Shown piece by piece: positions 1 through 11,989 of a DNA stretch of 64,000 nucleotides. Below the pieces are notes generated by a model that saw only the letters and a program-made list of their open reading frames with translations, did no database searches and was not told the DNA's origin. This stretch comes from Trichosphaerium sp. ATCC 40318 (Eukaryota > Protista > Tubulinea), in NCBI GenBank assembly GCA_038496445.1, contig JALMLS010000009.1, positions 206,161 to 270,160 of the forward strand, written 5' to 3'. A program made the position numbers and the translations under genes. The stretch's first letter is position 1; every line of letters begins with the position of its first letter.

Positions 1-1409
1 AAAAAAAAAAAGCATAGAAATCGCACCAAGCCGTCTACGCAAACCCATTCGTAAGTACACTTTGTCCACCCGCTCTTACCACGTTTCGTATCGTCCCGAA
101 AATAGCAATACATGTTACAACGTGGTGTTATTTTACCTTTATGCTCATCTTCATTGCAAAATCGAAAACCGTGTAGTTGTAGTTTTTCTTGACTCTTTGA
201 AATAATAGCTATACCCACTGTATTCGCATCACAGCAAAATAATGTTCCAGGACTTACCGGACATAATTTATGGAATAAGAAAGTAGGTAAAGGGGAGTTT
301 GTAACGAGTTCTTCTCCGTGTACGAACCAGTATCTACGTGAAGTTTTTAGAGTTATACTCAGTACTAATTTTGTACACTCCAAGCAAAATAGCGGTATTT
401 TAACTAAATATAAAAGAATTTGTCATTTGTGTTTCTATACTTAGCATTGAACTAAAGAATACGCACTCTTTTGATTCACCCATGTATACAGTTACTCTAC
501 TGCCTAGTCTATCGAATTTAAACTTTTGTGGTTTCATATGATTTAGTTTATGAATTCCCAAAGCAACACCGCTCTCTTGCCCAAAGTGAATGACTCTAAA
601 CCAAGGAGTAGATGAGCAACTAACAAATAGACCGTTCTCTAGGCCGCTCTAAACATAATTAGACGCATAAAAAATAAAATAAAGAAAAACTTGTCAAAAG
701 AATTTTATTTTTATCAGATTTTCAGTTTCCAAAACTTTCTACAAATGAAACGTACCATGACAGCTGATTCCATATGCGAGCGCTTAGATGGTATTGAGAT
801 GCTGTAAAACTCCATTTCCTCCTTTAAGCGCTCTGGCGGTATGTCCTGAGGCGTTTTGTGAGCGGAAAAAATGGAAAATGGTTTTGTGATGTTTAAATAC
901 GATCATGAGCGTTGTTTGTACCTCTAAATAGCCATACTTGCTTGTACGTAGGAAATCCAATAGAGGACTGAAATATTTTCCTTTTAATAAGCGTTAGTTA
1001 CTATTTTCGCTTCTTCAGTTATAGTAATGAATAGATATGTATTTTTGAGCTGAGTTTAAGCTTTGTGACATTGTTTGTGTTTCTGTGTGTCGTACCGTTC
1101 CTGTCTATAAAAATATAGCCTTCTTCATCCTTCAAAGGCGAGAATCGACCAGATAGAAGCGATGTGAAGAAGTTTTGCCCACTTTTTGTAAGCGTACTGT
1201 TTATATTAGCGCTGATGCATACTATGTACGTTTATAGAGTACCTAGAAGTTGTAACGAACCTACGTAAAAATTAGCTAAACGGCTTCTTACGCTGGTACG
1301 TGCTTTACTCCGCCAATATTTAGCTTTACAATTTGTTCTAGAGCGATGTTATTAAAACTACCCCGACAAAAACAATACCTTTGGGAGATGCTCTCCTCCC
1401 GTCATTCAT
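1..1409 (-). CDS. KCTD-type BTB/POZ domain protein, multi-exon, 3' end runs off the window
   Basis: Spliced translation [79 protein letters not shown] matches the T1/KCTD BTB consensus (LNVGG..F.T...TL; FIDRDG..F..IL.FLR; EAEFY). Confidence 0.85.
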
Positions 1410-1449
1410 TTATGTTACTCCAGAATGTACATTGTAAAGATACCAGTAC

Positions 1450-2790
1450 AAGTCTTACTTAATCAGAGTTCACCGTTTGCCTTGTTGCGTCACTGTGCGA
1501 CTGTCTAGTTTTTGCCACGAGAATATAAGGGTATCAATCTATGACCATTTTTGTGATCGTTTACAATTTACGCAAGTTACCAACGGACCATCAACTTTCG
1601 TAGTTGAGGCAGTGAGTGGCTGAACGTACTTTTAAATACTGAGACGAGGTGGCGCTCCTCAAAGTTGTTATTTTCAACTCCTTACCAGTTACTCAAGCTA
1701 CTACGTTTCGAGGTATGCGCACATACTAACAGCTTGAGAACACAGCTCTCATCTCAGACAAGATGGGCGAACAATGAAAGGAATGGTAGCTGTAAATTGA
1801 ATCTTTTGGTCTTGTGTGGACTTTACTTACATACTCCAGACTTAAAGTTGCCTCAGTAGAATTGGGATCTCAGTGTCATTGTAGGGACAGCATCCAAGAC
1901 AATGAACCCAATGGCACCGAGGTACTAGAAGTTTAGTATAAAATTGAAGAATGAGTGTACCCATTTCAAAGTAGAACCAATAACATACGCATCCATCCTG
2001 GCGTTCCACAAATTTGTCACGCCCCAATTAGGTTTGCTATTTTACCTCTTATAAATGTATAGCTTGAAATGCATCCAAATCTCTTTGAGTGCGACCTACA
2101 TTACACTTTAGCAAAAAAAAGATAAATTTTGTTGATTGATTGTTCATACCTTAAACCCACTTAAAACAATTTTTGAATCCGCGTGAAGCAATTGGATACA
2201 AAATTTGGACAGTATAGAGTAGCAACCTTGTCACTACATTTAAGACAATGCATGCAAGTACAGCATGCCGTATCACAACACGGCAAAAACCACACAGTTT
2301 TAGTTTGAGGTTTGTTTATCGCAAATAGTCCACAAACGTAGTATTGTAAAGATAGGCCACGTCATAAGAGCAAATAAGCATAACAAGAATCCACTATTGT
2401 AGTGACAGAATGGAGTGCAGCAATTACTATGAAAAAAGTGAGAATAGCTAGATAGCTAAAAAACCTGTTATTACCATGTGTTTTGTCGTGCTTGAAGCTT
2501 TGAGATTTCAATATGAGAATAATCTGAGCTTTGGACTAGTATCCAAAGCACACAATTAAACGTATATCATGTATTACAGGTTTTTGTGAGTGCCAAACAG
2601 TTTTTAGCTGAGGACGCCACAAGCAGTTGTTCTGCAATGTAACTGACTTGTGTACTTACCTTGGATACTTTAGACGATGACATTAAACGAGATTCAAAAG
2701 CTGTATCATACAAGAAATAGCGCTAAGGGTTCTATAGCTATCAAAAAAGAAAGCACACAAGAGAAGGTATGTTGGAACACTCTTCCATTT
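1450..2790 (-). pseudogene. Possible degenerate or hypothetical multi-exon gene
   Basis: An ATG near 2788 and several GT..AG intron-like segments flank coding-like hydrophobic stretches, but I could not build one open spliced frame. Confidence 0.25.
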
Positions 2791-3176
2791 TGATTCGAAT
2801 GGTTGGGATAATAGTTCCACAATTGCAAATAAACCTTAAAACAAGTACAATTCAGAGAAACTCTCTAACAATTCAAGCTAATGCAACCGGCAAAACTAAT
2901 ACGAAGCCTTAATTGATCTTGCAAGGAGATACTGTACGTTTTTATTCAGGTAACGTCACTAACGAATCATACATACAAAGCAAATGGATTGTAAGGGTTC
3001 CTGCAATTCTGAAAGTTCTGAGAATTGCAGGAGGTTCTGGAAGATGTCGGTAACTTAAAGATACTTTTTTTTACTGCTCTGGACTAAGACGCACAATGAA
3101 AATGTAGAGGTTCTGGGTGAACTGGTTCCAGAACATTCAGGAACCTGTCTATCTCCAATAAAGGTCTAGTTGTTTC

Positions 3177-5912
3177 TTATACCTTTTTAGAGCTTATCTC
3201 TTGTATACTCTCCTCCCGCATAACATACTTTTTTATCTTTCCAGTAACAGTCTAAAAATAGGTTGTTAGTGCGAGCTACGAAACAAATATCCTTTTCAAC
3301 TGAGGGTCATTTTTGTTTTGTACCATTGGGAACTCTTTAACAAATTTCCAGTATTTTGGGACTTTATAATGTGCTATTTTATCCTTGCAGTATTCTTTAA
3401 TATCTTTTGATGTTATTGATTCATCACGGAGCTTTACCCATGCGCATAACTCTTCACCATACTAAAAACAATAAATTGTTCAAAAACTCTTAAAACAAAA
3501 ATAGCATTTTTTTTTTTTAGGTACGTACTACTTTATCTGGCACACCAACAACCTGAACATCCTCTATACTCGGGTGGGTGTATAAAAATTCTTCAATTTC
3601 TCGCGGGTAAATATTCTCTCCACCACGTATTACCATATCCTTCAAAACAAAGTAAATCGCAAATGAATCAAGAAAAAAAAAGAACAAACCTTGATTCTGC
3701 CTACAATTCGACAGTATCCATCCTTATCTATTGTTGCAAGGTCACCCGTCCGCATCCATCCTAAATTAATTAACGCTGATAATTGATTCTAGCGTGATAC
3801 CATCCGTAATGGCTTCCTTAGATTTCTCTGGGTTGCGCCAGTACCCCTTCATTACCAAATAACCTACACGTTGATTAGCAAATCGTTTTGTAGGTAGAAC
3901 CAAACCTTTTGTCCATAGTTCTCCTGTTGTATCAATAGGTACTGTGCACCCTTCAGCATCAACGACTTTACAAGAAGTGTGATCCAACGCTCTACCGACT
4001 GTCTCTGTTCTTAGTTCAGGAGGGTCCTCACCACTTGTCTAACACTACATAAGCAAAATCCACATCTTTGCCCTTTGTAGCTTTACCTGAAAAGAAACTG
4101 GAGAAGTCTCAGTCATACCATATGCGATTGTAACTTTTGACATGTTCATTTCATTCATGACACGTTTCATAACTTCAACGGGACATGTTGAACCAGCTAC
4201 AAGTGAAACATTGTAAGATATTTGCGCTTGACGGTCACAGGCAAATACGTACCCATTATACCAGTTCTAAGTGTTGATAAATCAAATTCTTTGAATTTGG
4301 GGTGCTCTAGTTCCGATATGAACATAGTAGGGACGCCATGGAGTGCAGTACATTCGTATTTCTGAACAGCCTTTTGTTGAAGTAGTTAGCAGTCGCGAGA
4401 AGACTGTTTGTGTACCTGCAACACAGATAAAGGATCAAAACTTTCTCCTGGATAAATAAGACTTGATCCGTGAGTCATGGCTGCTAAGTTGCCTACACGA
4501 TTGTCAGTTTGAAAGAAAGAAATGAGATAGAAAGCAAAATCACGTGGGGCGTTCCTAGTACTAATCCAAAGCAGTGGTATAGAGGTACAGGTACACAAAG
4601 ACGATCTTTTTCAGTGAGTTCCATCATATCGCCAACAAAAAGGCCGTTATTTAAAATATTCCGATGAGACAGTGTTGCACCCTTCGGCGATCCAGTAGTA
4701 CCTTTTGCAAGCAAGTTATTATTTTTGACATTGTTATTTTTTTTTTTCAATTGGTACCACTTGTGAATTGTATATTCACTGCATCATCACATTTATGACC
4801 AGTACGTATGGATGGGTCATCGGATAGAGCATAGACATCATCAAATTTTAGTAAATCTACCCATCATTAGTGAAAAGACTACATAAACGCGATTGGTCAA
4901 TACCTTTGTAGTTTTCTTTACCAGTGTGAATAATGTATTTCAAAGATGGCACTTCTGTTGATGCTATTTTGTAATTGATAAGAATTTTCTGAGAATTGGT
5001 TTAAAAGTGGTATTACGTAGCGGCATTTCATGCCATACTTCTCTTAGCATCTTGACGTAATTACTTTTTTTAAAGGATGGCGTTATAACAATTGCTAAAA
5101 GAATCATCAGAAAGTACTGAGAAAAAAACCACCAAAGCCTTGGCTTGATGTACCTTTCATCTCGGATAACTGTATAGCATATTTCAGCTCATGTGTTCTA
5201 TATCCTGGATTTATATTAACTAGTATTATTCCAGCTTTAGCAGTAGCAAGATGAGTTACAACCTAAAAGTGACATCAATCAATTTCACAAAAAAAATCAA
5301 AAAAAAGCCGTAGAAAAACAACGAAAACGTACCCACTCTGAGTTGTTCGGCATCCATACGCCTAAGCGATCTCCTTTTTTAATGCCAAGCTTGGCTAAAC
5401 CAGCAGCGAACAGATTTGCGCGTTCCTAACGGAAATGTCAGTTTTACGTGACACTTTACCGTCGTACCTGTAGTTCTTTCCATGACCATGCTACGTCTTG
5501 GTGTAAAACACGCAACACTTCTTTTTGACCGTATTTGTCAACCTAAACAGTACAACCGCGTTAACAGTGTTATGCTGAAGCGACAAGGCGTGCCTGTTCG
5601 TCAAAAAACTCTCCTAGTGTTTGATTGAGTAGAACTCGGCGATTTTGTGGTCCTTGTACATGACTGATTGGGTAGTCCCGTTTGAGAGATGTTTTTACGA
5701 TGAACGGCCGTTTTTCTGTGTTAGGCACTACAACACCAGATTCAGTATTAATTTTACCCTCATTATGTAAGTAATCTAATGGCCATAAGTGAATAGTAGC
5801 AAGAAAGTTAGTACGTGCGAGTATATTGTGTATATCTCCTTTGTGGTTGCGCTTGTACAATGTGACGCTTGGCTACGCGTTTAACACAAGTTTGTAGTGT
5901 AGCTAAGGCCAT
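3177..5912 (-). CDS. AMP-binding acyl-CoA synthetase (ACSF2-like), multi-exon, N-terminus resembles a mitochondrial transit peptide
   Basis: [88 protein letters not shown] motifs. Confidence 0.92.
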
Positions 5913-6409
5913 AGTACAGAGTATACAAAACTAGTGACGTTTCAACCGTTATTTAAAGTTATATTTGGCTTTTCTGTTACTGTAATGACAATAAGAGTTT
6001 TTCTAAGTCTTTGTTGTACAAAAACCTGAACTGGCGTCGGCTGTTTCACTGAATAAATATTTCGTAGCGCTGACAGGTTTCACCACCCAATGTGTAGTAG
6101 CGAAGTGTAATGTGTTTGTAACATTGACTGTCTTCACAGATCGCAACCAGGCGAATTACGAAGTTATCTTAGTTCATTGTATGTTGCTGCGCACGTGATA
6201 ATTGTTATCAGAGCACACGTGCGCTTGCTTCGCGTAGTAAGCGGTCTAAAATTAAAACCAGCGCAAGTAATTTATACCACATAATTTCCGAAGCACGGGT
6301 TACGTTTTTTTATATGTACAAGTAGGTTGTGAGTAATTACAAGTCTGTTTCGTTTCGCTATTTACAAAAAAAGTTAGGATTTGGTAACTTTTTTTTTTCT
6401 ATTCCTTCA

Positions 6410-6867
6410 ATGCCAGTTTGTTGTTGAGTTCCTTCGTTTCATATTTCCGGGCGTTCCAGTGTACCGAGTTGGTAGCGCTAAGGAGCTAGTTCGTTTTTGG
6501 AGCTTATGAGTAGCTGCTCTTTGTCTTATGAAGTTCTAAAAGCGCGTGGGTCAGTATATCACGTCATACGCTTGAAGGGGTTTTTAAGAAGAACAGAAAT
6601 TAAATGTCTTTTGCGTACTTCACGGTACTCCCGTCTCCTTGTAGTAACCCTACTTCTGATGCAAACGCGTTCAGGTATAGCGGTAAGGCTAAGACTCATT
6701 TTATCACGTGATGGCGGAGGAGAACTAGCGTCGTAAGACTCATCACCTATTGAAGCTTCAAGCTGTTCTATTGCGATGTATAGCTCATCGTATATTGATG
6801 GCCTCTGTGCTCTTGACGCTAGTGTGCTAATGTTCTGTAGTATGTTTGTCATCATTGTAGATTCCAT
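6410..6867 (-). CDS. Small hypothetical protein, probably 2 exons, 3' end uncertain
   Basis: ATG-initiated 102-codon ORF followed by a GTATG..ACTGAC..TAG intron; no recognised domain. Confidence 0.4.
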
Positions 6868-7207
6868 GTTGAATTAATTTAGTTTCTGTTTTTTGAAACA
6901 CGAGAGAAGTTCCACTTCAAAAAATGGAACTGAACAAATAAGATTTCTTGGCTTAATCTGTCAACTTATAGCGTGATCAAACGATACGTGAGACCGCCAT
7001 AACAGACAGATTGTGTAACCGAGCTAGTGTTTGAGCGTGGTAATGGGACTTTTTTTGCGGAGATAACTCCATGACAAGCAATAGCACAATGGCTAACACA
7101 AACGGAGCTTCGAACTGTGTTTACAAACATTGGGTTTTTACTTCTTCTCGAAAATATGACACAACCCTTTTCTGATTTTCTTTAGATTGTCCCTTATCGA
7201 AAAGAGT

Positions 7208-8327
7208 TTACATACAAGCTAATCCGCCACTTACTGTCAATGAAGCTCCTGTTGTGAAAGACGCTTCATCGCTCAATAAAAATATGACTGTCTTTACAAC
7301 ATCTTCTGGTTCGCCAATTCGCTTCATTGGTGACAGCTCTGTTATACGTCTTTCCTACAAAATATTGTATAAACATGGAAAGTGTTAAACTTATGTATAC
7401 ATACGAATGCAGCTTGTGCTTTAGGTGTATTGTTTGTATTGATTATGGGTGTTCTTATAAAGGATGGACAAACTGCGTTTATTCTTGAGAAAAACCCAAT
7501 GTCAGCTACTGTAAAAACCAGCTAATGGCACGCACCGTATACCTCTGGTTGCATATTCCATTGCGGCTCCTTTCGTCATACCAATGACAGCATGTTTGGA
7601 TGCCACATAAGCGGTGTTACGTCTTTATAAAAGTAAGATATCGTGAGTTAGACTGAAACATGAAAAAAAAACCCAAAAAAGCTGGCACGCGCCAGCCCGC
7701 GTGACATACTTGAATGGTCCTAAGCCTGCAAGTGATGACATGTTTACAATGGAATATCCTTTGCCACCTTGCTTTATCATTTGCTTGGTTTCATATTTCA
7801 TGCCTAAAAACACACTGCGCGTGTTAACTGCCATCTAGAGAACGTGTAAATAAGTACACCACGAAAAAAGTGCCTCTCAAAAGCGGAATGAACAATTTTG
7901 GAAGTAGCTAGTTGGGAAATTGCCGTTTACCTTTACGAACGGCTGTTGTAGCGTACCACTTTATCGTATGTGTCTGTGGGGTAGTCTTGAATGTCATACC
8001 AAGCGCCAGCAATACCAGCGTTATTAAACGCCATATCTATACGACCGTAGCGTTTAACTGCGCTGTCAACCATTCCTTTCACCTCTGACTCATTCGCGAC
8101 GTTCAGTTTATAAAAATACGCTTCTCCGCCTTGTTATAACGTTAGCACGCTCAACGCAAAAGCGTACCATTATTTTTGATTATATCAACCGTTTCTAGGG
8201 CTCCCTCTTCATTAATATCTCCAACAACTACTTTAGCGCCTTCCTTTGCACATGCTATTGCCGTAGCTCTTCCAATACCGGATGCTCCTCCCGTAAGAAG
8301 TAATACCTTATCCTTAAAACGAGCCAT
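7208..8327 (-). CDS. Classical short-chain dehydrogenase/reductase, multi-exon
   Basis: TGGASGIG Rossmann motif, FNNAG, IVNMSS, YVASK (YxxxK), [18 protein letters not shown]. Confidence 0.93.
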
Positions 8328-8547
8328 TGCCACAAAAATTGTAAAAAAAAAACCAACTTTGCGAAAAGTCAAGATATTTGGAATTCCATGTCTTTTTCAA
8401 ATGCTCATTGTTCCTCATGTGACGTATTATTGAAGATATCTTTTGAGCTCTCGTCAGTCACTTTGACATAGTGTGACTTGAGCAACTACGTTTTGCGAAA
8501 GTCACAGTTTTATAAAGGTACAAATGTTTGATTGTAGAACATCATGG

Positions 8548-11092
8548 TTAAGGCTTTGATAAACCTTCATGATGTGATTGAGAATTTACTATATTGACCA
8601 CAGCTCCTCTAGTTCTTTTTTTACTCTCTCGGCTGAGGCTAAATGGGAACACAACCTTCCTTAATGGTTCAATATAGCAAATTAAAAGGATAGCTATGGT
8701 CACCAACAAAACCACTCCAATACAGCATCCAATCATAACATACATCAAAACGTTTGAGTTACCGCAATTCGATTTGTCAACATGGAACACAACTGATAGT
8801 CTACCTACAAAGTAGCGTTTAGTTATTAACAGTACGATCATATCTTTGTGGTTCTCACCTTCTTCAAGTTTATCTTGGACACTTACTTCTTCACATTCCT
8901 TGTTTGCTGTTTGAGCTTGAAGCGCTCTAAAGGAACCTTGCAGTTTATAAGCGAACATGCGTAGTTCTTACAGCTATTAGAATCATACCAACTGTACAGT
9001 CGTCAGCGTCATATTGTAGCACTGTGATCTCTTCTCCTGTTTCAACTGGTTTATTGTGCTTGAATAAGACATATCCATCAAAAGAAGCACAACCTAGGCG
9101 GGTGTTACTCAAGCAGTAGTATTACCAATTCACAAACGACTTGCCTCTCACTCTGACTTTCGCATTGTACTCAAAAACTAGCCATCCACTCCCTGAACAT
9201 GTGATATTTTCCACTTTTACTTTCCCTTGAAATGTAATTGTTGTGTTTGGGTCAACAACAAGCTCTTGTTCATTGGGAAGAACCCATACAGCTTTCAAAC
9301 ACAAGAACTGCTGCGTAGGTGCTGTTCCAATACATTTAGAACGTGATCTACCGGTAGGTGGCAACGTTGATGTTTGATCTTGTGGAGGTAGTGTACTAAT
9401 ATTCGAATAGACAGTGCGCTACAAAGATCAGAATAGATTTTGGGTTGATTAACAGCTGCGTACAAATTGATATGCGCCAACATCTATGATTCTGTAGTCT
9501 CTTGTTATATTCTCTAGAGTGTATATGTTAACAAAAGATTACAATGATGAAACAGCTTACGAATATCCCATTGTGGTACATCAGGGTCAGCATCTGTTTA
9601 TATCAGTATCTTACAAATTTAAAACAGACAGTACCTGTGAACGAAAATACAACATCAGAGGTATTCGTCAGTTGGTAATTACCACTTGCTATATTTTCGA
9701 ATATGTCCGTGGTATTGAGGAACAAGAAAGAAGGTTGAGGGTACTCTCCATAGCCTCTGTACTCATGTGCAAAGTTATAAAGCAGTATGTTCTTCCAGCG
9801 AGTAACAGAATTGGTTGGTAGCGCAAGGGAATATGTATCTTAGATTGTTAAGTAAAGAGTAATAGTAGCATGGGATTCGTACTGACACCAACGGTTACAG
9901 ACTTAAGAGTTGAGTTACAAGTGTATGAAATGACTTAGAAGACGTTAGTGTTAACTTGAGTAATGACAACGTACAGTCAGTGTTTTGTATAACCGAGTTA
10001 TATACTGTAATTGAGTGATTACCACCACAACGGAATATGGCGCTGGTATTTCCGACTGTTCCAATAAAGAAAGTTCTGTCGAAGTACATTTCAGAATTAC
10101 GCGATACAACCATTCCTGCAAAAAAATTCACACTTATACAGTTGCAACCGATTGTGAGGCTCACCAGGTGCAGTTGACTTTATGACTGCATCGTTTACGT
10201 GTACTACACTGTCTTCAGCATCAATAGAAAACTGAACCTAAACAGTTGTGTCAAACACGTGGACTTTTTATTTCTGTTCCTACCCCGTCTGAAAACATAA
10301 CTATTGAACTGAAGTGTACGTGCGAACGGCGAGTAACTATTGTTTTCCGAAGATTGATACTTGAAGGTGTGAAGATGTCTCGTATGGTTACATTTGTGAA
10401 GGATACTAAACCTATAAAGCGCGTCACAACAAACATCACGTTTCTTCATGTATAGATTTTGCAAGTCGTCCGTTTGTACAGGAATAAGTACTACTAGAGG
10501 TACTAAACCCACGTTCGACTCAACAAAGTGTACGCTGTATAGCTCAAAGTGAAAAACGCGTACTTGACGATACTGTTATTAGTTGGATTTGTTGGTTTGT
10601 AGTTGACATTGACAAGTCTTCAAATGTAATATATCTACAGTTTTCTATGTCAATCCTTGACGCATTATAAATGCGGATCGATACGTTTACAGAGCTTGAA
10701 AGTGTGAGTTGCGCAATTTCTATCTGTTGCCAATGATTTAGTATAACAAAAAAGAGCACTTGTTTTTTTTGCTTCAGGTGTACGTTTGGATCGACTATGA
10801 GTTGTATATTACTTCTACTAAAAGATATCCTAGTTCCCGGCGGTGCTGATATTACATGTATACAATCCAAAGAAAAGTCTCCCTAACATCAATTATTACA
10901 AAACTCCGGTGGGTTACTAAAAAAGATCCACTAATAGAACAGTACTAGAGCATTGGTAATAGTCGGGTAGCTTGGTGATGGCACAATTTCGCATCCACGT
11001 GCGGGAATCAGTATGAGTTCCACTAACACAAATAATGACAGAGCAAGGCGTAGGCTTAGCCGTTCCGGTGTATGATTGCTGGAAATGTACAT
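8548..11092 (-). CDS. Type I membrane surface protein, paralog A (probable parallel beta-helix ectodomain)
   Basis: Signal-like N-terminus, YPTITNAL motif, repeated I.I.N/I.F.N strands, Cys-rich juxtamembrane region, single C-terminal TM (YVMIGCCIGVVLLVTIAILLI). Homologous to 11990-14460. Confidence 0.7.
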
Positions 11093-11989
11093 TAAGTGTA
11101 AATATAAATCTGAATTTTAGAGGCGTTTGTATTAATCGGTTACGTGTTTGCTTGGAGCCCCACGGAATTACTTTTCCTACTCATATACTTGTGTAGTAGG
11201 TTTGTTACTTAACAAGGTATGTTAAGCTAGTTCTTGATTTGGCTACGAGCTCACAAGTATTGTCTGTTTCATTCAAGTTTTGAGACAGACTGACTTTTAG
11301 CAAAAAAAAATCCAGTTTCTGCCTGATCTGTCAGATCTGACGGATTTGACACTTCTGACAGATCTTGCAAATGCCATTTTTTAAATGTGATCTACCCTCA
11401 CGCCTGTCCAGCCGTTTCACACCCACGTGATTTAACAAACCCCACAGCAAACTTTTTTATTTACATATTTGACACCTAGCGGCGTTTACAAAGCCTACAG
11501 CAACGCTGCTGGTGTTTTGGGGCGGTTTTGCCGTTGTTACACCTTCATTGCTATTTGAATGCTACCGTAGCGCTTCTGTTAGCGTGGGGTAGGCGCTAGC
11601 GTAGCGCTAGTAACTTATACACGTACGTTGATTTTTGATGCAAAATATACTGCAAACAGTGTTTGAGGCATTCAGACCGTGTTTGGCGGTAATGCGATAG
11701 CTTTGTAGGACATCACACCTTTTTAATTCGCTTTTAGCTCATGAGTATTGACACGCAAATAGTTCACATTGTCAGATATAAACCATTTGACAAAAGTGGC
11801 ATTCTTGCTAGATCTGCTAAAAGTGATAGAAACTCACTTTCTAGAAAACATTAGTAAAACTTGAATGACACAGGCAATATATCCGCCTTTGAATTAGTGC
11901 CTTTGATTCAGTTCTTATCTTTTCTCAGCAATACAACTGGCCAAATACGAAACGCCAAGCAGTGTTTATTATCCAGTATGTACAAGATT

